In this document: positions 37,559 to 48,945 of the stretch, piece by piece
Position numbering within the stretch: position 1 is the stretch's first letter
Layout of the letters: every line of letters begins with the position of its first letter
DNA from: Trichodelitschia bisporula
Lineage: Eukaryota
DNA length: 64,000 nucleotides
Reading direction: 5' to 3'
NCBI GenBank assembly: GCA_010356995.1
Contig: ML996691.1
Span: forward strand, 130,174 to 194,173
Notes under the pieces: generated by a model
Told to the model about the DNA's origin: nothing
The model's input: only the letters and a program-made list of their open reading frames with translations
The model's database searches: none
Program-made: the position numbers and the translations under genes

Positions 37559-37958
37559 CTACACATTTTGTCCCTTCTTCTTCTCCCATTCCTCGGGTGT
37601 GTAGCACTTTGCTGTCCATGCGTGAATAGCTGCGATCTCCTCCTTCAACGCCTTGTTCACCAATCGCGCGCGTGCGAGCGATGTCTTCCCGGCAAAGTTG
37701 GGTGATATGATGATAGCCTCGATCATTTGGCCGCAACCGCCTACACTGGTTAGATGCGACAGTAGCTTAAGAGCACATACCAGACAAGTCTTCCAGCTTG
37801 GTCTCTTCTGTGCAGCCGACATCGAGGGCTAACTTCGCAAGGATCTTTTGGAAAATCGGTTCGCTCTCGTTCTCTATGCGCTTCCACACCTTGTCGGACA
37901 CGCCATCTGCCCTCTTGGTGACGGCCTCGATGGGTACAGAGCTCTCGGTTGTGGACAT
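37559..37958 (-). CDS. BOL2: BolA-family protein (Bol2/Fra2-like)
   Basis: [44 protein letters not shown]. Confidence 0.88.
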
Positions 37959-38138
37959 GACGATTGTTGATAAGTGACTTGTGATGGTCAAAAGTTCGAT
38001 CAGATATGATTCCCCGCAACGCCACTGTGACGCAAGACGACGCCGCTTGTGCGCCACTTATGCAAGCCACATGTCCTGATAGGGCAAGCCACAGCCCTTC
38101 ACGACGACCTCACTTTTATCGCAACTTCACGTCATCGC

Positions 38139-39449
38139 ATGGCTGGGATTCTTCGTCGGCACGCTTCTACTATGGCTTTAAGTGTAACATCTGCGCCCTT
38201 TTCGCGGGCTGTTGTGAGCGCTATGCGCAAGCTGTATGTTTGTTCTAGCTTCAAGAGGCGGATTTGGCTAACCGGCTAGCTATCCCGAATCGCTTGCTGA
38301 AAAGAGCTGGGACAACACCGGATGTAAGATAAGAATCAACATTGTATGAAACTATAGCTTATGACCAAGTGCTCCTCGAGGCCCCCTTCGACCCCCTCCG
38401 CCGCCAAATGAATTCCGTCCTCCTCACTGTCGACCTAACCAAAGCCGTCGTCGACGAGGCAATCGAGCGCAGCGACTCCGTCATCATAGCCTACCGTGCG
38501 TGCCGAACTAGAGGCCTTGTAGTCGACTAAGTGCTTAAAGCGCAGATCCCATCATCTTCAGAGGCCTCAAGTCCATCACCCTCGACAATACGCAGCAGCA
38601 GTCGCTGCTGAGGCTTGCAGCGGAAGGCATCAGCGTAATTAACGCCCTCGATAACCTGTGTCTTCCTTCTAATGTCCCCAGGTCTACAGTCCACACACGG
38701 CGCTCGACTGCGCGCCCGGCGGTCTGGGTGACTGGCTCGCGGACATCGTAACCGGCGCCCTAGTCGTCGCGCCCGACCTCGACGACGCCGAGGGCCTGGA
38801 CGCGAGCCTCGCCAGCCTGACCACGGGCAGCGATCCCGTCGTCGACAAGCGCCCCGCGTACATGGTGCAGCACTACAGCAAGCCAGGCAAGGACCTCCAA
38901 CTCGCCGCAACGGAGCACACCCGCAGCGTGATCAAGCCCGTCGACCACCCCGACTTCCCGGGCGCGGGCATGGGCCGCATCGTGCGCTTCGCTGAGCCGC
39001 AGTCCCTGTCCGCGCTGATCGATCGCATCTCGTGCGGCGTGGGCAGTCCGAAGGGCTTCCCGATTGCGATTCCGCAGGGGAGCAGCGTGGATGGGATTTC
39101 AGTGCGCAGCGTGGGGATTTGCGCGGGTAGTGGTGGGGGTTTGCTTGCGGATCTGCGTGACGTGGATTTGCTGTTTACGGGGGAGTTGAGTCATCATGAG
39201 GCGCTGGCGGCGATTGAGCGCGGCCAATGCGTTATTACGCTTTTTCATTCGAATACGGAGCGCGGGTTTTTGCATTCGGTGCTGAGGACGCAGTTGCTTG
39301 GGAAGGTGAGGGAGGAGTGGGCGCTTCTTAGGGCGGAAGAGAGGGAAAAGGAAGGGGGGAAGGAGATGTCGGAGGCGTTGGAGGATGAGTATGTGAGTGT
39401 GGAGGTTAGTGAGAGGGATCGGGACCCGTATGGGTTGGCGATTGCTTAG
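38139..39449 (+). CDS. NIF3: NIF3 / NGG1-interacting factor 3
   Basis: YP..LAE.SWDNTGLL, LLTVDLT..V.DEA, AYHP.IFRG, YSPHTALD, GMGR, ICAGSG, TGELSHHE, HSNTERGFL; four introns. Confidence 0.93.
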
Positions 39450-40010
39450 GCTGAGGGGGATCACTGATGGCCGTTATTGCGCTGAGGCAGTAAGCTATCT
39501 AATGTTTCTTTCCCCGCTGTTGTTTTCTGATGTTTTCTACCTCATGCTATCTGAAAACAGCATTTTGACCGAACCTCGACCAATCCTCGACCAATCCTCG
39601 GCCACCGCCAGGACCAGAAGATGGGTGCCGCAGGCCTGGCTCCCTCGGCCTTCCGCCATAGATGGTGTTCCAGTGACAGATCGTGCCCCGGCCGACGAGC
39701 GGTGCGCACTGGCAATATTCAAGGATCAATGCTGCTCCATGAGGGAACCCAAGAACTCGACCGCTTGGGCCCATTCTCAGTGATCCGTGCCCCACTGTTA
39801 AGGGCAAGTGCGATCCAAGCAGCCCCAACGGCAGGAGCGAGGCCATTTACAGCACACCCAGGGTCTAGGAACAACCTTTCTCCCTTTCTCGAGGCTGTGC
39901 TCACTCTCCTCCACTCTGTGAATCCAAGGCTGAAGGTCCCGTGACCGAAATTCACACAGGTATTCATTGACCTTGTCCTCGACCTCTTTGCAAACCCTCC
40001 CCCTCCATCA

Positions 40011-40092
40011 ACACCCTCCACCAACATCCTCCACCAATATCCTCCACCAGTATCCTCCACCAATATCCTCCACCAATATCCTCCACCACCTC
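40011..40092 (+). repeat. 13 bp minisatellite (atcctccaccaat)
   Basis: About 6 near-perfect units. Confidence 0.85.
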
Positions 40093-41084
40093 CCTGCTGC
40101 CATTTCAAGCCCCGGCGGCATATCTACCGTCGCGCATTGATCAAACGGTCATATACCTCAACCGCACCACCAAAGGAGCTCTCACCTCTGAGACCACAGT
40201 TCACCAGAGCACCGCCACCCAGGTGGATTGGCTCTGAGACGGCTCCTCAAGCGGACGTGTCGAGCTCCACCAGCACAACTGCCCAGGAGTTTATCAACAG
40301 GGCCACTATCTAAGAAGATGACACTTCAGACATTAATACCGACCCCGGCAGGCGTCTGCCTCCTAGCATATCACTCGGCGATTTATAGCCATCTCTGGTA
40401 TGCATCCCTAAGCATCTTTCTCCCCTCGGTTGAACCGCAGCAAACTGACCTTCACGATGATTAGCATGTCCGATGGCGATTACCGGTTTATATGATCACG
40501 GACCTATCACTATAGGCGGTAGCCATATATGCATGTACAACCACTTCCACCCGTGGAGGCTGGTGCTGTGATGGGTGAGGCTGCTTGTGCGATGCAATAC
40601 GCAATTCTAGACCTCATCATCGACTATGCCCTGAGCAACGACGATCATATATGAGGAGATCTTGGGCAGCGCTGACGCTCATCCATCCGGGAAAACGTCG
40701 GCCACTGCTACGAAGACGGGTTAGCACAGGCCATTTCAATGCGGGGGTTTACGTACAACTATGGTTCCATCATCGGAGCCACTCACGAGGATGTCCTCGC
40801 CGCGCTTTCTGACATCCTCCACACCCCTCATCCACTTTCTCAACACCCACCATCCCCTTTCTCCACGCCCCTCATCAACGTCGCTTCTCTGAAGTATTGT
40901 CGCTATAATACTGTATGGAAGGTCAACGTCTTCTGGAAGCGCTATCTGGTATTGTTCCCCTGGGAGTGCTTTTCATGCCGCTGAGCCAGTGTTAACAGAC
41001 ACAGACAATCTGGTCACGGTAGCTCATAGCGTAAAGCCTTGAACTAACGTCAAATGCTATGCGATATTACCCCCGTCATCGATG

Positions 41085-42335
41085 GCCTTATAAATCTTCC
41101 AGCTTATATCCCGTTGGTTGTCCTTGCCGCCCCTGATGAGCTGTGTTCAGCACCAGGACGCCGATGAGCTCCAGCTGAAGCCGATGATGATTGGCGCGTA
41201 CATGTCGTGGAACGAGTCCCTGGCCTCGGTCGACGTTGAAGCCGTTGTCGGGATGGAGTTCTTGAACTGCCGTCGCTGGCTAAATAAATGGGAAATTCAT
41301 CCCGTTGAGGCGATGCGTGGGGTAGCCTCAGTTTGGAGGAATGTGGTTCCATGGACGAGTATATCCGCCAGTATCAGCGTCTGCTCGAAGAAGTAGAGTC
41401 AGCACCGTCAACAAACAAGATCAAGAACACCAAGGATCATCTTGTCATGCCGATCTCCCTCAAGGAAGAAGACTGCACTCCCCCGGCGATCCCGAGGCGG
41501 GATAATCGCATGGTCAACATCTTGCCTATCGGGGTCAAGGAGGTTCGGCTGCAGCTGGAGATGCGGGGCATTAAAGGCCCTGAATTTAATGCTTGTATGT
41601 ATTGCGGACGGGCCAACACTCTTACTGACCGTGGCCGTAGTATATCGGAGCAAGCGGGTCCTTCTGGCACCGGTGCCTTTGGCGCAACGCCGTCAGACGA
41701 CTGTACGCCCCAGTCATTGGCAGCCTTATACATCTTCCGGCTTATATTTCGGAGGCCCGCCATCGCCCCCTCCGGCCTCTGCTAATCCTCACAAGGACGC
41801 CAACAAGGCCAATCTCAAGCCGATGATGAATGCAAACGCGAACACCAGGACGAACTTAACCACACCAACAACTAGGAGACCTTTAACCCCGCCACCCCTG
41901 CGCATCCCCGCAAACTCTCAGAAGAATCAATCCAAAATGAGCGAACCCAGGCTTGCAGACAAACTTTGCAACGCTTCGGCTTCGATGGTTGGTGCTTACA
42001 TGTCCTCCAATGAATCCCTGGCCCCGATCGACGTTGAAGCTGTTGCTGGGATCGAGCTCATAAATCATTCGCTTTATATTCCAACCTGGCTCTTACCCAC
42101 GAAACCTAACACTCTCTTCGACACTCCTCGCCAAGTCCCTCGGTCACCATCGCCGCCCCCGACCCCTACTACTCCTCACAAGGGCGTCGACAAGCTCGAG
42201 CTCAAGCCGATGATGATCGATTGGTGCTTACGCAACGCCTCCGATGAAACCCTGGTCTCTGTCGGCGTCGAAGCAGTTGCGGGCATGGAGTTCCATGAGC
42301 GCCTGTCGCTAGCTATATAAATGTGGAGTTCACTC
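41085..42335 (+). repeat. Degenerate triplicated coding-like module (LKPMM.GAYMS.NESLA.VDVEAV.G.E)
   Basis: Copies at about 41150-41300, 41785-42080 (split by a ~150 bp insertion) and 42172-42335. Confidence 0.75.
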
Positions 42336-43111
42336 CACTATACGCCACAGCCCTACACATCATGGGTGGCGCGGCTATAGAGCTCCTAGCAACTGCCAGC
42401 GGGACAGCTACAGCTTTACAGTGCCGGAACTACTCTCTAAATACTTTCAGATGACTGTCCCTAACCTCAACACATTGGCTGCGGCCACGAAGCGCGTCAA
42501 TCAGAGTTTCCCATCGGTCATCGCAACGATGGAGCGACTGACCCCGTCCAAAATATAAACATCTCGCCATCCCCCGTTCCTGCTCCGCCCGAATCCCCAG
42601 AGACAACTGCCCGCATGATGCCGCTCACTGCCGCCATGATGAAGCTGAAGCTTATTGACGCGTAGCCGGAATCGGTTGATTATGGGCTGACCTCCCCTCA
42701 CAACTCTTCAATCTCACTGAGCATTTCCCGACATCCAAGTTACTCTCAGTGCGCTCAGTTGGCCCCGCAGGAATCTTCAGCTTAACCCGGGATACTCGGC
42801 CTATGATAGACACCATCGCGGCACGCACCATGAGTGCCGGTGGCTGGATTCATTCTAAGCGTCTGGTTGCCCCGCCGGGGGGCGGGGAAGGGTGCTCTTC
42901 GATCCGGGTCCGCGCACTATCAGACTTTCGCCGCAGATACTCGGTCGGCCAACCTGAAAAGGAAGATATAACGGACTCTCCAGCTTTGACTCCCAAGTCG
43001 TTCCGAAAGAAGGCTCGCAACTTGTTCGGCCACTCGATGGTATGGCCGCAGCCCATTACGGGGCCGAACGAGCCGATGCCGCAACACCCCGATTTTATGA
43101 GGGAGGATATA

Positions 43112-43328
43112 AGATGATGTGGACATGGAAGGAGTATTGTTATATTAGGAAGGAGCATACTAAGGGACATAATGTAATGAGCACATGATAGTGGGAAGGA
43201 GCAAGGGAGGGTACTTGGCATCGTGTATTTAAGTCTCGAGAATCTCTGATTCTCTTCGTCTCCTTGTCCTCTACTTCAATCTTCAGTTTAAACAGTTGCC
43301 GTTGCCTGTGTTAGAGCTTTGCTCCCGT
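43112..43328 (+). repeat. Dispersed ~230 bp TATA-like cassette, copy 2
   Basis: Inverted homolog of 3858-4082; contains gtgtatttaagtctcga followed by a pyrimidine tract. Confidence 0.8.
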
Positions 43329-43819
43329 CATAAAAAGCCGTTATGAATACGGTGCAGAAGGCAAAGTATAGCCTCATATATTGTACACTCTCGAAAAGCT
43401 CTTCCAGTGCGGCTCATTTACCAGTACGGTGTGCAGGAAGACGTTTATACATGACATCCCGGGGCTTGCGCGCCATCCTTCGCTCACCAACACCTATTCG
43501 GTGCCGGATATGTATATATTGTAATTGACTCCGGATGGGAAGACTCCCCTGAACTACCATGAAACCGATATATCGTCAAGTCGAGGAGGAAACTCGCAAA
43601 GACCGGTGCATGGGCCGTCTTCCGGCTTCGATTGCCGATTCCTTCTCTGGACTTCCGGCCATTCACTGACGCCGCCCATAGTCGTAGGCATACTTTCGCC
43701 GCCACCAGTTCTTCTACTTCTCCACAACATCAACAACAGCAATCCCTGAATCACAACAGGGACGTCAAAATCCCCTACGAAAACCTGCACTCACTTCCCC
43801 TACAACACATACCACCAAA

Positions 43820-44498
43820 ATGCTCGAATACATTGACTCCAAACGCCGAGGGACCAACATCGAGCCGCAGCGCAACTCCAACATAAAGCACTTTGGGACG
43901 CTCAGCACAGACGATGTAAGCCCAAGCAACCCACAAACCCCAAGCGACCACCAGCTAACCTCCCCAGCTTCTCATCTTCGTCGACCTGGTGCTCCGCGCC
44001 ATTGACGACCCTGCACGTCCCCTCACCACCGATCCCCCGATCTTCCGCTACATATACAGCTTCCACCCCACCGATCCCCACGCCGTGGTCCCAGTCGCCT
44101 GTCGCCCCACGCGCCCAGATCTCAACCCCGACGCCGTGATGGGCGCATGGTGGGCCGCGGAGCGCGCGCGCGAGGCCGAGGGTCTGCCGCGCAAGCGGGC
44201 GAAGCCGACTACTGTGTGGGGCCACTTCCGTGAGAAGGTTCTGGTTGAGTATGCGGCGCGGGAGGTCCTGGGCGCAAAGCATCGCGGTGGCGCCGTGACG
44301 CGCGGGATATGTCGGGGGGAGATCCCGAGCATGGCAGAGCAGAAGCACTGGAAGCAGGCCGTGCTGGAGGAAAAGGCGATATTGGGTTATGATGTGTTGT
44401 CGCCGTTGATGGGAGAGAAGTGGCCGGTGCTTGGGACCAGCTTCAAGGGCACGCAGCCTGGACTTGAGCAGGGGGATGCTGGCTTTAATGGGGTTTAG
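43820..44498 (+). CDS. Orphan two-exon hypothetical protein
   Basis: ATG at 43820; GTAAGC...GCTAAC...CCAG intron at 43916-43967 joins in frame to the 43989-44498 ORF; gene-like C-to-G skew. Confidence 0.6.
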
Positions 44499-44785
44499 AT
44501 GTGACTGTGATGCGCGACGTAGGATCTGGGTGCGCTGAGGTTTTCAGTGTGATGTAGGCCGGTTGACGGAGGTCGGCTATTGTCTCCGTGAGCTCTTTGT
44601 CACTTAGCCTGTCTGCAGCGAATCTATGTCACAAAATCTCAATGATGATGTTAAGACGAGGCCTCGAGAGCTGAGTTGTCAATATGTTCCCCAGTTGACC
44701 TGACTTGCAATGGAGGCTAGGCTTGACACGTGCGATGGCTACGGTGCAAAGTCAAAAGTCAAAAGTCTTATAAATGATGAAGAAA

Positions 44786-44867
44786 GAAGAGAGCCGAGAG
44801 ATTCTCAGCACCAAATACATGATATGCCTTCCTAGCATCACAATAGTCCTTCCTCAAGTCTACACCA
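44786..44867 (-). repeat. Partial, internally deleted third copy of the cassette
   Basis: agagattctc...aaataca.gat followed by ccttccta..at.acaata.tccttcc matches the reverse complement of copy 2. Confidence 0.55.
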
Positions 44868-45111
44868 AACTAGTGAAATCACTTGTGCTTGGATTCTGGC
44901 GCAAAGCAGAGAGTACCCACGGCTCTGCCATATAATTAATAAGTGTGCTAAATATTTGCTCTGATAATCCTCACAAGAGACAGACCTCTAAGCACTTGTC
45001 CGCCCACCCGCTGCTCAGCTGTCACCTTCCCTTTCGGGAAATTGACATGCCCCGCCAAATAAATTGTAATGCTAGTAATATTTTTTAAGCCCGGTAAATT
45101 TCCCAGCACCA

Positions 45112-45203
45112 GCGTTGGTGGTTTAGTGGTAAAATCCGTCGTTGCCATCCGAAGTGATTCGGGATGATTCGACGGGCCCCGGGTTCGATTCCCGGCCGAC
45201 GCA
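45112..45203 (+). tRNA. tRNA-Gly(GCC) with ~21 nt intron
   Basis: GCGTTGG TGGTTTAGTGGTAAAAT CCGTCG TT GCC A[intron]TCGACGG ... GGTTCGATTCC CGGCCGACGC A, then TTTTT. Confidence 0.95.
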
Positions 45204-45547
45204 TTTTTGATGAAGATTTTTTTGGACTGCTGAGTTTTGTGAGCTCCGTGCCGAACTTCCTGGAAGGAACACGACGAGAGGTGATGAGAAACGGTAAGCG
45301 AGGACGTTCTCGGTGTGATGTTGAGGCTTGGCTTTACAAAGGGAAGAAAGTCGTGCTGAAGGGGGAGCAGCCATCGGATAGGTCGGTTGCAATGCCTTTG
45401 TAAAGATATAATGTGGCTCGAGATGTAGATTTGCCATCGGATGACTGGGATACGGCTCACGGTAAAGTTCGAGAGCGGGCAAAAGTAACCGCAACATGGG
45501 GATGGGTTGATTTTGGGACATAAAGAACCACGATGCATAGGTCCAGA

Positions 45548-47184
45548 CTAGGCCTGTTGGCATAGACGGACATGTTCTCCCACTAGCTCTCGAAAACCAA
45601 GGATATTATGCATGTCATAATCGCTGAGCCGCCCCGGGCACCGTGAACAGAGCGCAGTACCCTTCACCTTCGAAGGCATTCTCCGTAAAACATACCGACG
45701 AGAGACTGGAGTGCCTGGGCCGTGTCGCATGTTATGCACATAATGGACGTGATACATAAGCCGTGTGTGAATGGGGAAAGTAGTAAAGCTGGGGTATGGG
45801 CAAAGGTGACATAAGGGGAAGAAAAGGCTTCCGGAGTCCAGAGCAAGGCAATAAGAGTTGGGATACTGGAGGCTCATCGCATCCTCAAACTCCGACAAGC
45901 CTATGTCGAAGGCATCCCAGCCTCGTCGTACGAGGCCGGTGGAGCGATCCAAGGTCTCGAGAATATGTCCGTCCATGATACTGATAATGTGATGCCGCCA
46001 TGGCCAGAGGCTAAAACCTCCATCGGTTGTTCCTCCATTTGCAGCTGGGAGGTACTTCCACCAAGCTTCTCTATGCGCAGCCGGGACGCATGCCCACCAA
46101 GCTTTCATAGCCCAGACGACGAAGTCATGAAAAAGGTTTCGTGTAGGGTCTGCCGCAGCTTCATGCAATGAAAGTACATCGACACCCTCGATGCCGTTTT
46201 CGCGCAACAAGCCCTCGAACCTCGGCAGGACAAACTCCACAGACAGTCCCCAAGGTTGCTTCGAATCAATGACTGGCATAGGTGTGAACTCTCTCCGTGC
46301 CTCGCCGAGAACTGAGAATGTGAGCAAAGAGCAATTGAAACGAGGCTACACAAACGGCTGAAGAACTGTACCACCAGGCCGGCTTTTTTGCCATGTTTGA
46401 CTTCCCGTTTCTCTTCAGGTATATCTGTATTCTCCAGCATCATCCCTACGTGCCTTATGGCGCTACCCGTAGTGACGGGGAACATTTGCAATAAGGCACA
46501 GTGCAGCATATCGAGGTGTTCTTCGTTGGTCGACTTGCTGTGCCGGATTTGACGTGCGAGGCTATAGATATCGGCAAGTGAAAGGCGACCACCGACTGCC
46601 TCACTTAGGTTACGAACCAACCAGCACTCGAATGTAGGAACGGGCAAGAGCTCTAACTCGCCTGAGTCACTCACAGCATTCACGACCGGCGTCCTTTGAG
46701 GTCTAGGAGGGACGCTGGAACGCATATCGCGCACGTGCCGGTTCAGGTTGGAGTTTTTCAGGAACGTCCGCTACGGACCACACAGCGCACAGTGCAGCTC
46801 CTCCTTCCCTGGAGGGACGGACACGAGGTCTGGCGGGCTTGGAGGCCTTGGAGGCCTTGAAGGGACGCCGGGATGTATCGTGCGCATGTGCTGATTCAGG
46901 TTGGACTTTGTTGTGAACGTCCGCTCTGGGTCACACAGCACGCAGCACGGCTTCTGTCTCGTTAGGTCGTGGATGATGCCCTCGTGTCTCCTCTGGCCCG
47001 AGCGGTCTGCGCAGCTCTTATTGCATTGCTGGCGCGTCTTAGGGTTGATCTGCTCGCAGATATACCGTTCGTCCACGGGCAAGGGTCTAGAAAACCGATG
47101 TTAAATAAAGAATAGTCGAGTCTGGGGACTACGCTTGCCGTCAGTCTCAATACTATCCGTCACAGTATTGCTACTATCCATCAT
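45548..47184 (-). pseudogene. Rpn4-like C2H2 zinc-finger gene with an unknown C-terminal region, interrupted by a stop
   Basis: YICEQINPKTRQQCNK..RRHEGIIH...CVLC.PERTF...NLNQHMRTIHP; duplicated finger CALCGP*RTF..SNLNRHVR; further ORF pieces down to 45548. Confidence 0.6.
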
Positions 47185-47898
47185 GCTGAAAAGAATGAAA
47201 GATGAATGAGCTAAAGAGATGTATGAGCGTAGCGAGCCTGTGGCTTGGGAAGACGATGTGGTGGTGGAGCGGACGTGTGGGAGTGATATGTGAGTATACT
47301 TCGAAAGCGCTCCAGAGGCTCGGACATTTATATGGTAACAGGTATGGGGCAAGCTCGTAAGGAGGCATCCTCCAGCCCGACGCCACGAAAAACGGGAAGG
47401 TACTGGGACGGGGTGCGGAAGATGCTTCGAGCATTCCTGCGGCTGGCCTTACATGGTGGCTACTTGCGTAGAAAGCGTATCTAAAACGAACAGCCAACAG
47501 GATGGAAGTAAAAGAGGTATCAGCGGCAGCCACAGGTGATGTCAATGGGAGAGACAGCACATGTCCGGGGAAAGCGCTTGGAACTGGCATAAGGCAGGGT
47601 GTTTCCTAGAAGATGTAGCCGCGATCAGCTTTGAAGTTCATGCATGGAATCACAGGAGGAGTTGCGTCCAGGGATGGCTCAAGGGCTACCTGAAAAAAGG
47701 CATATCCCCTTCTCTCCAAATATTGGCAGAGGTCATGTCACCGGGGTGGATAAGACTTTTTTGAGGAGGCCTTGGCCCCTTCTCATTCGGAGCTGGATAA
47801 ACCCCTACCGAGTCACCTGATCAACCAAAGCTCTGACTACGACCCTCGGGTATAAATACCGCCCCCTCCCCCCCTCTTCTCATCTTCTTCTTCTCTTC

Positions 47899-48032
47899 AT
47901 ACTTACCTTGTTGGGGCTATCCGCGCTCAAGAATGCGGAAGCCTGCCAGGACCTCCTGCATTGCACAGCGTGGAGAGGTGTTGGCATGAGTCTCCTTCGG
48001 GGGCCTCACTGGCTTAATTTTTGATGGTCTGC
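47899..48032 (+). ncRNA. U1 spliceosomal snRNA, copy 2
   Basis: ATACTTACCT, loop II CATTGCAC, Sm site AATTTTTG at 48016; TATAAATA at 47851; four differences from copy 1. The 3' end is approximate. Confidence 0.93.
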
Positions 48033-48340
48033 AATTCTTTTCATTGATGCATTCGCCTGGCTGCGGGTCGTTGAGGAAGAGTTTGGCGTGATGTGGGATG
48101 ATGTCATCAGGTAGCTGCAGTCATGACGATGGCTGGATGTGCGTGGCGTAGTTTTGCTGTGCTTCCCATTGCTGGAAAAGATTCGACGCGATGGGCACCA
48201 TTCTGCTGAGTGGAGAGGAGCGTCTGGCAACTGCCCTCGATCTACGCGTGAGGCACGTAGCTCCCCCCATCTCTGCGTGGCAATAGCGCTTGCCTTCGCC
48301 GGCGCCTGGACATCCAGTGCCTAGTTCTAGTCCACGTTTC

Positions 48341-48583
48341 ATTATCTGACTCCAGCTTTGGGATCTTATCAAGGCCGGAGACCAACTTGGAGGAGTTTGA
48401 TTATTCGGATATGACGAAAGATGTTGGTCAAGGTAAAGATCACTTTGAGATGGTTTCTTTCGAAGGGGAAAAACACCATCTAAGTGATTCTCATCTTGAC
48501 CAACATCTTTCCTTATACCTGAACTTTCACACTCCAAGTTAGTCTCCGGCCTGGACAGGATTCCAAAGCTGGAGTCAGACAAT
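48341..48583. repeat. 243 bp imperfect palindrome (MITE-like or hairpin-RNA locus)
   Basis: Arm pairs: tctgactccagctttgg/ccaaagctggagtcaga, aggccggagac/gtctccggcct, gaaagatgttggtcaag/cttgaccaacatctttc, atcactt..agatggt/accatctaagtgat. Confidence 0.9.
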
Positions 48584-48945
48584 ATTAGCTATGTCAGATA
48601 CGGATGTACAGAGCGTTAATTGTCAAATACCATTCATGTACCCTACTTCGGCTTCGAATCCACCGTATCCAGTCAAGATTGGGTATCACCATGTGCAAGA
48701 ACCCGACGACAAAAGATATATCATTTAGACAGGCAAAGCCTCTGAGTCAAATCAGCTCCTAACTACGTGCAACTGTAGCGATAAAGGGGAACCTCCAACG
48801 CCTCCTAAAGCTTCAATTTACCACACCACCACGACATCTCCCAACCTCAACGCCAGGTCATCCCCACACATTACCCCATCAGCTAAGGTACCGCAGAGAA
48901 TCGACAAAGCATAACACATAAACCGACCCCCCTCCCTAAAGCCAC

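Noticed and set aside
40011..40092. Regular repeats as a possible CRISPR-like array (also 29126 and 51440)
   Set aside because: Head-to-tail minisatellites without unique spacers, in a eukaryotic context.
44639..44680. TGATGA...CTGA box C/D-like motif
   Set aside because: Span of only about 35 nt with no recognisable guide sequence; too short for a snoRNA.
46771..46773. In-frame TAG as a candidate A-to-I-edited stop
   Set aside because: The paralogous finger has GAG (Glu) here, not TGG, so a simple nonsense mutation is more likely.
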